Of a stretch of 39,805 nucleotides of DNA, positions 18,306 to 27,630 are shown piece by piece; positions within the stretch are counted from its first letter, which is position 1, and the number at the start of each line of letters is the position of its first letter. The position numbers were made by a program, and so were the translations under genes. The notes beneath the pieces are model-generated. The model ran no database searches and was not told where the DNA came from. It saw nothing but the letters and a program-made list of their open reading frames with translations. Source of the DNA: Fidelibacterota bacterium (GTDB lineage Bacteria > Fidelibacterota > Marinisomatia > Marinisomatales > TCS55); assembly GCA_046861385.1 (NCBI GenBank), contig JBHHTW010000017.1:1-39805 (forward strand). Direction: 5' to 3'.

Positions 18306-21026
18306 CTATTTGATAATCCCGATTTTTAGGATTTTCGAATCAGACTCGCTGCCTTTGGTTGCTTTTACGTTCGCAAAATAAACACCGGACTCAATGCCAT
18401 CAATATTCCAAGTTGTTTCGTTAATTGATCCTTTTACAATGGTCGACATTTCAATTTTTTTTACAAAATTTCCTGCAAAATCGTAAATCATGATTTCCAC
18501 CTTTTCCGCTGATTCTACTGCAATACGTAATTTGACACTCCCATCATAAGCTGGATTGGGATAAGCGTACGTTTTATTTTTATTAAATAAGGACTCGTCT
18601 GGAATTCGTTTTGGAATATTCAAATGCAACGTACGTGTATTGCCAAAATCATGATGAGTAGACGTCCATTCATTGCCATAACTCTCGCTTGTTTCATCAA
18701 AAAGCCAAATGGCTGATGCAGTCACGATAGCGTTTCTACCATCATATTCACTCAAACATACAAGTTTACCATAATCAGTTAGTCGATATTCTATTTCACC
18801 CTTCCAGTTGATGATTACGATTTCATTATCCATATTTTGAACAACGATTTCTGGATGACCATCACCATATAAATTTTTTATTAATGCTGTTTGACTGTAT
18901 GGGAAATATTCTATAGGAAATCCTGTGGCAGTTATATCGAATCTTTTACCATATCTACATTCAAGTTTCCCAGTAGAATCAATAAATATTCTCTCACCAA
19001 TCCCATCTAAATCCATATCGGCAACTGACATAAACGAGCTAGTTTCAGCAGTCGTCATTCCGTCAGCATATTCAAAATAGGCTGATCTTTCAAAAAATAT
19101 TAAGGAAGGACCAAATAAAAATTTTGTGGAAAATAAATGGGTGTTATCTACAAACAATACTTTATTATCATAGATAACTGTGTCTTTCACAAGAGAAAAT
19201 GTTTGTTCACCCGTGTTCCATTTGAAAAAAGAAATTTTCGTAGAATCATCCAGAAGTTCATTAATGACTAATCGATCATTGGCATTTTCCAATATTTCAA
19301 TTGAAAAATCATAAACATCATTATTAGTAGAATAAAAGTATTGTTTATTCGTGACATCATTCTCAGCTACAACCCACAAACTATCTTTCCCGCCAACAAT
19401 TTCCATTATTCCATCATTATTAAAATCATGGATCAATCCTATATGTAAAGATGCATCAGGAAATCCATCAGCCAGCATCGCATTCGTGACGGAGAAGGAC
19501 ATCGTGTCACCGGGTAGACCGATATTACTAATATTCAAATATGTAGTTGCACCATCGTTACTTTTTGTATTGGGGTATGTAAATGGACCAAATTCTATCG
19601 GTTTACCTTTAAAATCCGGATAAAGACTTTCGTATTCGGGGTTGCCCTGGAACCACATATCACCAAAATAGCCGCCTGAAGGGTCTGCGAAGAGGAAAAT
19701 GTTTGGATAACCAATATCTTGCGCCCCATCGGCTTCTTCCAGGTCTATTCCGCGATTTTCACGGTTTCCATTTACTGAATATGAAGAAAGTCCTGAATTA
19801 ATGCGATTTTCATCGATATGCCAAATTAAAAGACCGGATGCAGGCAATCCCAAATCGTAAGACGGAATTGATGTAACGACACCATTTTCATCTATGTCTT
19901 CTCCACTTAAAACAGTATCGAATAATACTTCTACCAATGGAGGATATCGATCTCTTCCATTTTGTTCATACATTATATACCGAGAAGAATCAATAGATAC
20001 GCCTGTACGAAACCAGTTTGTTCGATTTTCGACTAAATAATATTCGTTGTCGTTAATATCAATCTGTACAATATTGTTTTCAGAACGGCTGGGTAAATTA
20101 ACATTTGATCCCGGTTTTACCATAACGGGTTCATCCCATCCTGCATAAGTTCTTGTCCATGCATTAGGCGGTGAAGGAATCAAACCGCGGCCGTTATTCG
20201 ATCCCTGGTCCATTAGACCAAATACTCCAATCCCACTTTGTCCAGATTCAGTATCCCATAATGGTGGAAGTCCGATTGCAAAACCGACCATAAGGGCGAA
20301 TGTCCCAGTTAAACCAAACTGATACTCACATGGAGTTTCGGAATCAGCAAACATTTGCTCTGCAATATCATAAAGAAGATGATTTTGTGTTTCGGGAATA
20401 ATAATTCCGTGTGAAACTGAGGAATTACCAATAGTTACGGACCCTCCATGAAAATTTGACAACATATCCTTATCAATATATGTAGATGGTATATCTTCCG
20501 GGGTCGGATCCAGAAACGGTAACGAAAAATCCTGACCGATTCCAGCATGTACAATGATCACTAAATCATCTTCAGAAAATTCCATTCCATCCACAGAATA
20601 TGCTTTCTCAATCGCTTCGACAAATAATTCAGTAATACGATTTTCGTGAAGCTCATCTTCTCCATAAGGATGGTAGTAATTCATCGTGTTGTCTAACAAA
20701 TAACTTCCCTCATTATCAGACGGGTAGATAACTGAATTCTCTATATCCAATCCAAATGTATTATAAGATACCGAACGGAAATAATTATCCAATGCTTTTA
20801 GTTGTGATTGAAAATATGATTGATCATGCGGCGCAGGGTCTATGGTATAAGTAGCGCAGGTATCGAACTCTGGCAAGTAGAGGAAATGACCATTTCCGGT
20901 AGTGCCGTCAACATTATCTTCAATAAAGGATACTCTGATTACTTTTAGTGTTATATCTCCAGTAATATCAGCTGATAGTGATGACCATATCATCAATATG
21001 ATGATGATTGAAAATCCATATTTCAT
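18306..21026 (-). CDS. M6 (InhA)-like protease homologue lacking zinc ligands, with FG-GAP-like repeats and T9SS-type C-terminal domain
   Basis: Signal peptide; IIVHAG, GLPxLWD, GLMDQG, YYLVENR, GLLIWHIDE and LEEADG; DxxxDG repeats; CTD YAYPNP...IYDFAG..V...SGVYF...KIGIIK. Confidence 0.75.
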   Translation of the reverse strand: MKYGFSIIIILMIWSSLSADITGDITLKVIRVSFIEDNVDGTTGNGHFLYLPEFDTCATYTIDPAPHDQSYFQSQLKALDNYFRSVSYNTFGLDIENSVIYPSDNEGSYLLDNTMNYYHPYGEDELHENRITELFVEAIEKAYSVDGMEFSEDDLVIIVHAGIGQDFSLPFLDPTPEDIPSTYIDKDMLSNFHGGSVTIGNSSVSHGIIIPETQNHLLYDIAEQMFADSETPCEYQFGLTGTFALMVGFAIGLPPLWDTESGQSGIGVFGLMDQGSNNGRGLIPSPPNAWTRTYAGWDEPVMVKPGSNVNLPSRSENNIVQIDINDNEYYLVENRTNWFRTGVSIDSSRYIMYEQNGRDRYPPLVEVLFDTVLSGEDIDENGVVTSIPSYDLGLPASGLLIWHIDENRINSGLSSYSVNGNRENRGIDLEEADGAQDIGYPNIFLFADPSGGYFGDMWFQGNPEYESLYPDFKGKPIEFGPFTYPNTKSNDGATTYLNISNIGLPGDTMSFSVTNAMLADGFPDASLHIGLIHDFNNDGIMEIVGGKDSLWVVAENDVTNKQYFYSTNNDVYDFSIEILENANDRLVINELLDDSTKISFFKWNTGEQTFSLVKDTVIYDNKVLFVDNTHLFSTKFLFGPSLIFFERSAYFEYADGMTTAETSSFMSVADMDLDGIGERIFIDSTGKLECRYGKRFDITATGFPIEYFPYSQTALIKNLYGDGHPEIVVQNMDNEIVIINWKGEIEYRLTDYGKLVCLSEYDGRNAIVTASAIWLFDETSESYGNEWTSTHHDFGNTRTLHLNIPKRIPDESLFNKNKTYAYPNPAYDGSVKLRIAVESAEKVEIMIYDFAGNFVKKIEMSTIVKGSINETTWNIDGIESGVYFANVKATKGSESDSKILKIGIIK

Positions 21027-21062
21027 ATATGTAATTTAGGATATTTAAGAATCAGAAACTTT

Positions 21063-22442
21063 TTAGAATTCCATATTCAGGGAAAACCGCATCGTATTTG
21101 ATAAAGGATGCTTTGGATTTCCTGATGTATACCCAAAATCAAATCCATAATTGGAAAAACGTAATCCAACACCAAAAGTAGGATTCATAATTTTTCCTGT
21201 CTTATCATAGAGATATCCTGCCCGAAGTGCAAAATATTGCCCATACCAGTATTCGACGCCAATATTATGGATAAGCTTATCAAGTTCATTCATAATGGAC
21301 CGTTGCTTTGCGCTCCCGACTTCTTTTTGACCGTATTCATTATATGAACCCCATCCGGATGAACCTGGATTACCTTCAGTGGGTATTATTTCACCTTCGT
21401 CAGTTTCAATTTTACCATTCCCGTAACCGGGACGATCAGGATCGCCATAAGTATCGTTCCAATCATATCCGCCAATAATATGATCATAATCATCATTTGA
21501 ACCATTCATGTCCATATCGCCGCCCAGTAACCAATCATCGATCCATGAAGTAAATATTCCAATATAAATTGGATCAGAATGCGCAGATTCTTGTTGACCA
21601 TCTTTATTGTAACTGGCATTTTTATCTGATTTATGACCGAATTCGTCAAAACCTCCAACATATCCATCTCCATCCCAATCCATATCAGGGTATGCCGCCA
21701 CAAGTAATTTATCTACGTCATAAACTAAGTTTATTTTATTATATTGTGAATTTACGATTGCAAAATTCAATCCGAGAGTAAAATTGGTCGGTTGCGGATC
21801 TGCCTGAGCAGGATCAATAAAAGATACCTTTGGCCCAATATTCGTCATCGTCATACCCATAGTTAACCTTGGAGTTAAGAATTCCTTATGCAAATATCCA
21901 ATATCAAAACCAAAATCTGTTGAAGTGCCCTTCCCCTTTTCTCCTCCGGCACCAAATTCGGTTAAATGTTGGTATGATATTTTTGCATTAATCCCTAGAG
22001 AAGATTTTGGTGTTAACAATGAACTATACGATAGTGATAATGCCATCATATAGCTGGTAAAAGTTCCCAGATAATCATCTGGTGTTTCACCCATTCTGAT
22101 TTGTTCACCAAGATTGAGATAAATAAGATGCCCCCCAACTGTACCCAAATAAGGGATATGTTTTCTATAGGCAAAAAATTCATAATACATATCGTTGGCA
22201 AGATTCGGTAACCAATTTACATGCATTAGCGCCATTTCTGAGCCTTTGAGGAATGCAAGTCCGGCAGGATTCCAAAATGTGGCATACGCATCGTCTGCGA
22301 CAGCGACCTGGGCCTCTCCCATTCCACCTGCACGCGCACCCGGGGAAATAAGCAGAAAAATAGCCCCAGCCTCACTTTGTGAGTAAATTGGTTTTGAAAG
22401 GATTAAAAAGGCCATGGCCACGACCATGAAAAATCGTTTCAT
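21063..22442 (-). CDS. porV: PorV/PorQ-family outer membrane barrel with acidic insertions
   Basis: FLLISPGARAGGMGE..VA.ADDA.A.FWNPA.LAF, HVNWLP.L..DMYY, NIGPK.S and the C-terminal PLSNTMRFSL. SD AGGAG at 22452-22456. Confidence 0.82.
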   Translation of the reverse strand: MKRFFMVVAMAFLILSKPIYSQSEAGAIFLLISPGARAGGMGEAQVAVADDAYATFWNPAGLAFLKGSEMALMHVNWLPNLANDMYYEFFAYRKHIPYLGTVGGHLIYLNLGEQIRMGETPDDYLGTFTSYMMALSLSYSSLLTPKSSLGINAKISYQHLTEFGAGGEKGKGTSTDFGFDIGYLHKEFLTPRLTMGMTMTNIGPKVSFIDPAQADPQPTNFTLGLNFAIVNSQYNKINLVYDVDKLLVAAYPDMDWDGDGYVGGFDEFGHKSDKNASYNKDGQQESAHSDPIYIGIFTSWIDDWLLGGDMDMNGSNDDYDHIIGGYDWNDTYGDPDRPGYGNGKIETDEGEIIPTEGNPGSSGWGSYNEYGQKEVGSAKQRSIMNELDKLIHNIGVEYWYGQYFALRAGYLYDKTGKIMNPTFGVGLRFSNYGFDFGYTSGNPKHPLSNTMRFSLNMEF

Positions 22443-22538
22443 TTTTATAAACTCCTATGTTCGACAGATAATTCTGTCTTGTTATTATCAATACGTAATA
22501 ACGATTTTGCTTCGATAGAGCTCCTTTTGATGACGGCG

Positions 22539-22567
22539 AATATATTCAGTGTCTTGCCTATAATCAA
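22539..22567 (-). promoter_or_regulatory. sigma70-type promoter of the porV operon
   Basis: TTGATT-N17-TATATT on the minus strand, about 95 nt upstream of the ATG. Confidence 0.6.
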
Positions 22568-22579
22568 GAAATGAATATC

Positions 22580-22601
22580 AAATGTGATAGTTCCCACATT
22601 T
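22580..22601. promoter_or_regulatory. CRP/FNR-family-like palindromic site
   Basis: AAATGTGATAGTTCCCACATTT matches the CRP consensus AAATGTGATCTAGATCACATTT at 16 of 22 positions. Confidence 0.45.
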
Positions 22602-24408
22602 AATACAATAATCCTAAGGAAATGATGGGAATGTATGTGATTAATAATACAACAATAAATCGTACAACAAAAAACGGGAGTGTTGCTTTATAAATTGTTG
22701 GCATATCCCTATCGAATCGATATGCTGATAAAAATAAATTTAATCCGACCGGTGGTGTTAAAAATCCCAACTCAAGATTCGCAATGAATATAATTGCAAG
22801 ATGAACCGGGTCAACGCCAAAATGTATCCCTAGAGGCATAATAAGTGGAACAATGATAATAATTGCTGAAAAAATATCCATAAGACACCCGACGGCGAGT
22901 AAAAGAATATTTAACATCAATAGAAAAACATATTTCGAAGTTATGGCAGTTTTCACCCACCCCAATAATAGAATAGGAATTTGGGCATCCACCAAATAAC
23001 TGGTTAATCCCATTGCAACACCAAGAATAATGAGTACTCCGCCAATTAACGTCGCACAATCCAACACGATTTTTGGAAAGTCATTTATTTTTAAATCTTT
23101 GAAAATGAAAACTTCAACAATAAATGTATAAAACACAATGAGGGCTGCAGTCTCCACTAATGTTGTGAAACCACTGAAAATACCGATTAAAACAATAATG
23201 GGGATTAATATTTCCCATTTCGCTTGCCATAAAGCATTTAATATTTCCGGAGCAGAAAATCTTTCGACTAATTTTTTTACTTTTCGTTCCTGATAAATAG
23301 ACCACCCACCAACGGCAAAGATCAATATTAACCCCGGAATTAAACCAGCCAGAAAAATATCTTTTATTGAAACACCTGCAGTCACACCAAAGATAATCGC
23401 TGGTAAGCTCGGAGGAAATAGTAAACCCAATGAACCAGATACTGTAATCAATCCCAGCGAGAATAGATCATTGTAACCTTCTTTTCGAAGTAGCGGGTAA
23501 AGTAAACCTCCCAGGGCCAGGATTGTAACTCCGGATCCACCGGTTAGAGCAGTAAAAAATCCACATAACAACACAATAACAATGGGTGTCCCGCCAGGGA
23601 TCCAGCCAAAAAGATAACGAAATACATTCACTATTCGTGTGGACGCCTTACTCTCAGCGAGTATATAACCAGCGAGAGTAAATAGTGGGATTGTTGGAAG
23701 TGAAGGAGAAACAACAATCCTATAGGTCTCAGCAGAAATTGCAGAAATAGGTGTATAATTAATCCAAAATAAGAGTCCGGCGACTCCTCCAAGACCAATA
23801 AAAATTGGAGCTCCATAATATAATGAAACCAGAATTGCAAAAATACCGACGATGAGTATAAAAAGATTATCGTTAAATGCATCCGATAATGCAATAAACA
23901 TCCAGAGGATAGTAATCATGAGCATAATACTTCGTAGAATTCTATCGGAAAAACTACTATTAAATATCTGAATAGCCATTAATCCAAACCCCAATGGCAT
24001 GATGCTCATTACAAACCATCGTGGAATATTTGGAGCGATATTATATGGGAATTGAAATTCAATTTGTAATAATTGAAAACTTCCCCACATGAGCATAATA
24101 ATCACTATAAATGAAACATTTTTTGCGATCCATCGTCCAATATGGAACTCTTCATCCGGCCGGAATAGAGGCGTTGTGGTCAGAGCGAGTAATCTATTTT
24201 GACGAGTTGCCAATACTGCTCCAACAAATCCGATCCAAAGGGTCAAATGTTGTACCAATACAGGAGAGGCCGGCACACCTGATCCACCGAATAACCTGGA
24301 GACAGTTTCAAAAAATGGAATAATAGCCAGTAAAATAAAAACAGTTAAAGCCAGAATGTCTTCACCCCACTTTAGACCTAATCTCCTGGAATGTTTAATT
24401 TGAGTCAT
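22600..24408 (-). CDS. fused TRAP transporter permease DctQM
   Basis: N-terminal DctQ-like 4-TM part (QHLTLWIGFVGA) and a DctM part (TIPLF.LAG, LFPPSLP, ELGFLTPPVGLNLF). Confidence 0.92.
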   Translation of the reverse strand: MTQIKHSRRLGLKWGEDILALTVFILLAIIPFFETVSRLFGGSGVPASPVLVQHLTLWIGFVGAVLATRQNRLLALTTTPLFRPDEEFHIGRWIAKNVSFIVIIMLMWGSFQLLQIEFQFPYNIAPNIPRWFVMSIMPLGFGLMAIQIFNSSFSDRILRSIMLMITILWMFIALSDAFNDNLFILIVGIFAILVSLYYGAPIFIGLGGVAGLLFWINYTPISAISAETYRIVVSPSLPTIPLFTLAGYILAESKASTRIVNVFRYLFGWIPGGTPIVIVLLCGFFTALTGGSGVTILALGGLLYPLLRKEGYNDLFSLGLITVSGSLGLLFPPSLPAIIFGVTAGVSIKDIFLAGLIPGLILIFAVGGWSIYQERKVKKLVERFSAPEILNALWQAKWEILIPIIVLIGIFSGFTTLVETAALIVFYTFIVEVFIFKDLKINDFPKIVLDCATLIGGVLIILGVAMGLTSYLVDAQIPILLLGWVKTAITSKYVFLLMLNILLLAVGCLMDIFSAIIIIVPLIMPLGIHFGVDPVHLAIIFIANLELGFLTPPVGLNLFLSAYRFDRDMPTIYKATLPFFVVRFIVVLLITYIPIISLGLLY

Positions 24409-25421
24409 TCTTTTATAGATTGTGTTGCTGCATCCAATGAGTCTTTTTCATTCATATACTGAATGACTGAATCAAATAGATCTTCACTAATATAGCTTCC
24501 ACGCAGTTCACCGTACCAAGAATCTATATATTTTTTCCATGCTTCTTTTTCTTCCGATGTTGGTACATGGACCGTTAATCCATATTCTTTCATTATTTTG
24601 ATAGCTTCTTCGTCCTGATGCCTGCTGTTTGCTTGATGCTGTAACCCAATATCATGAGCAATTGCTCTCATTTTTTGTTGATGTTCTATTGGTATTCGAT
24701 TCCATATTCTAGAATCGATGATAACCCCTGCTGTTAAAAGGCCCCAGTTGATATCAAGCATATAATTTGTCATGCTAAACCATTGTTGCGATAAAGCGTA
24801 TAAGGGTGTAGTTGCTATGGCATCTATCAACCCTGTCTGGAGTCCTGATAACACATCGATAGAAGCCAGTGGAACCGATTGAAAACCAGCACTTTCCCAT
24901 AAGTTCTGTGTACGATAATCACCAGCCCAAGTAAATATTTTCTTATCCTTAAGATCATCGAGATACACGATTGGTTTTGTTGTGAACCATTTTGCCCAGC
25001 CGACATCTGCCCATAATAGAACTTCAAACCCATTTTCCCGCATACCGTCTTCTAATTGCTTGGACATTTTTTTTCTGAGCCAATCGACATCATCATAATC
25101 ATCAAAAATCAATGGCAATACAAAACCAGTGATATCCGGATTCACTTCTGATAAACCCTCTGACGAAATAGCCGCTGCATGAATCTGGCCAATCCTCATC
25201 TTTCGAATCATGTCCCGCTCATCGCCGACAACGCCACCGGGATAGACACGTAAGACTACTTGACCATCAGTCGCTTTATTCCATCGTTGTCCCATTTCTA
25301 CCAGTATTCCATGCCAATCTGTACCCTCAGGTGCCAAGGTTGCTAATTTAATAATCGTTTTTTTTGCGCTTATCTGGCTTATAAGTAAACCACAAAAAAT
25401 GATTCGTAAGAATAACTTCAT
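24405..25421 (-). CDS. dctP: TRAP substrate-binding protein DctP (TatP-T type)
   Basis: IKLATLAPEGT.W, YPGGVVGDE..MIRKMRIGQ and LSGLQTGLIDA. The start is likely MKLFL at 25421. Confidence 0.92.
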   Translation of the reverse strand: MKLFLRIIFCGLLISQISAKKTIIKLATLAPEGTDWHGILVEMGQRWNKATDGQVVLRVYPGGVVGDERDMIRKMRIGQIHAAAISSEGLSEVNPDITGFVLPLIFDDYDDVDWLRKKMSKQLEDGMRENGFEVLLWADVGWAKWFTTKPIVYLDDLKDKKIFTWAGDYRTQNLWESAGFQSVPLASIDVLSGLQTGLIDAIATTPLYALSQQWFSMTNYMLDINWGLLTAGVIIDSRIWNRIPIEHQQKMRAIAHDIGLQHQANSRHQDEEAIKIMKEYGLTVHVPTSEEKEAWKKYIDSWYGELRGSYISEDLFDSVIQYMNEKDSLDAATQSIKE

Positions 25422-25422
25422 A

Positions 25423-26271
25423 TTAATAAAATAATTCATCCTTTCTAGAAAGTAGCCATTTTGCTCGCTTTTTCGCAATAATATTTCCTAATTCCAAATT
25501 TTCAATATCTGTAGGTTGTTGTGTTATAACATTGTTTAATAATTTTTCGAATTCTTCCGACTTTTGTTGACTGACAAGAACATTTTCTGCAAAGGAAACG
25601 TGAGCGCTCAAATCTTGTCTATGTGACAGGTTATTCACTTTTTCATAATGTTTTACAGCTTCTGCCTCGTTGTTGTCCTTCAAATCTGTTCGGACCATCG
25701 AATAAGAAATCAAAGCGGCATGAATTGCACCATAATTCCATGTACTATCGACAGCTAAGGCAGATTCTAATAAATAACCAATCTTTGGTAATTGAATCAC
25801 CCATTCCGGCTTACCTCGACTGGAACCAATGGCGCCACCTAAAGCGGCTGCCCACCAATATAAATATGGAATATCTTTCTCAGTAAATTGGTAGATATGA
25901 TCTGGAGGGATCGTAAGGTCAGGATAACGAATTCTTAATGCTGTTTCTCCATTAGTAATTGCAGTTTGAAAACTTTTCAGTGCGACTTGATATAGATTTT
26001 TTCCAGGATTGAAATCTGTTTCAATGAGTCTATCCGCTTCTTCAACTATAAATGCGAATGTATACTGAGTACGTAATTGGCACGCAGCTAAAAGCAAGTC
26101 CGGATTATGGTTATCTTGATTTAGTTTTCTTTCAGTACGTTGAATCTTTTTGTAAAATATTTCTTTTGTCAGTTGGGGATAGTGATTTAAATAGTAAGAA
26201 GTTGAACAAGAGGATATCACTATCATACTGATAGATAAAATGATCGATCGAATTTGAGTATTAGTCAGCAT
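25423..26271 (-). CDS. TRAP-associated TPR lipoprotein TatT
   Basis: Lipobox ISS-C, QYTFAF, LYWWAAA.G and N.IAKKRAKWLLSRKDELF; directly upstream of dctP. Confidence 0.82.
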   Translation of the reverse strand: MLTNTQIRSIILSISMIVISSCSTSYYLNHYPQLTKEIFYKKIQRTERKLNQDNHNPDLLLAACQLRTQYTFAFIVEEADRLIETDFNPGKNLYQVALKSFQTAITNGETALRIRYPDLTIPPDHIYQFTEKDIPYLYWWAAALGGAIGSSRGKPEWVIQLPKIGYLLESALAVDSTWNYGAIHAALISYSMVRTDLKDNNEAEAVKHYEKVNNLSHRQDLSAHVSFAENVLVSQQKSEEFEKLLNNVITQQPTDIENLELGNIIAKKRAKWLLSRKDELFY

Positions 26272-26309
26272 TTATTGAGAAAGAGAACTTAGTCAAAAAA
26301 CGAATAATT

Positions 26310-27608
26310 CTAATTGACAAGATCACTATAGAGAGGAAATGATTTACATAATTCATTCACAGATTTCTTGACAGATTGAATGATTGATGTATCGTCAATA
26401 TTACTGATGATTTGATCAATCATGTTACAAATCAAAGTCATTTCATCCTCTTTCATACCCCGCGTTGTAATTGCCGGTGTACCAATTCGCATACCGCTGG
26501 TAATAAAAGGACTTCTTTCATCAAAGGGTATCATGTTTTTATTAACAGTTATTCCAGCTTTTTCCAAGGCTTTCTCTGCAGACTTTCCGGTAACTCCCTT
26601 GTTAGTTAAATCAATTAAGATCACATGGGTATCCGTGCCGCCTGAAATGAGATGATAATCTTTCTTAAGTAATTCTTCAGATAATTGCTTTGCATTCAAC
26701 ACAACTTGCTTCGAATACAGTTTGAATTCAGGTTTCAGTGCTTCGCCAAAGGCAACTGCTTTTGCAGCAATAATATGCATTAACGGACCTCCTTGAATAC
26801 CTGGCATTACCATTGAGTCGATCAATTCGGATGTGTTTTTAACACGACCCGATTTAGGAGCAACAATTCCAAAAGGGTTTTGTCCATCACGACCCATCAA
26901 AATCATACCACCACGGGGTCCTCGCAGTGTTTTGTGGGTGGTAGTCGTTACGACATCACAGTAGGGCATAGGAGATGGATGAAGCCCCGAGGCGACCAAT
27001 CCTGCCGGATGGGCTATATCTGCCATCAGAAACGCTCCAACTTCATCTGCGATATTCTTAAAATCTTCAAATTCAATAAACCTGGGATAGGCACTACCTC
27101 CACAAATAATCAATCTTGGTTTATACTCTTTGGCAATCTTCAGAAGATCATTAATATTTACACGTCCGGTTTCACGATCAACCCGGTAAGAGACACTATT
27201 AAATAATTTTCCGGAAAAATTGACTGCACTTCCGTGGGTGAGGTGACCACCATGGGCTAAATCCAATCCCATTATGGTTTCACCTGGTTTTACAAATGTT
27301 AGCAACGCAGCCATATTTGCCTGAGAACCTGAATGGGGCTGAACATTTGCATATTTGGCATCGAACAGCTCCTTAGCCCTATTCCGCGCAAGGTCTTCTG
27401 CTTTGTCTACATGCTCACAGCCTCCGTAATATCGTTTTCCGGGATAACCTTCAGCGTACTTATTCGTCATTACACCACCGGCCATTTCCAGAACAGGATA
27501 GCTTACGAAATTTTCAGACGCAATGAGTTCGAGAGTGGAAAATTCACGCTCAATTTCTTTATTAAGAATATCGAATAGATAAGGATCTGCATCTCTTAAA
27601 AAAGACAT
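26310..27608 (-). CDS. glyA: serine hydroxymethyltransferase
   Basis: [33 protein letters not shown] and [14 protein letters not shown]. Confidence 0.98.
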   Translation of the reverse strand: MSFLRDADPYLFDILNKEIEREFSTLELIASENFVSYPVLEMAGGVMTNKYAEGYPGKRYYGGCEHVDKAEDLARNRAKELFDAKYANVQPHSGSQANMAALLTFVKPGETIMGLDLAHGGHLTHGSAVNFSGKLFNSVSYRVDRETGRVNINDLLKIAKEYKPRLIICGGSAYPRFIEFEDFKNIADEVGAFLMADIAHPAGLVASGLHPSPMPYCDVVTTTTHKTLRGPRGGMILMGRDGQNPFGIVAPKSGRVKNTSELIDSMVMPGIQGGPLMHIIAAKAVAFGEALKPEFKLYSKQVVLNAKQLSEELLKKDYHLISGGTDTHVILIDLTNKGVTGKSAEKALEKAGITVNKNMIPFDERSPFITSGMRIGTPAITTRGMKEDEMTLICNMIDQIISNIDDTSIIQSVKKSVNELCKSFPLYSDLVN

Positions 27609-27630
27609 TAACAGTTACTCTTTTAGAGAA

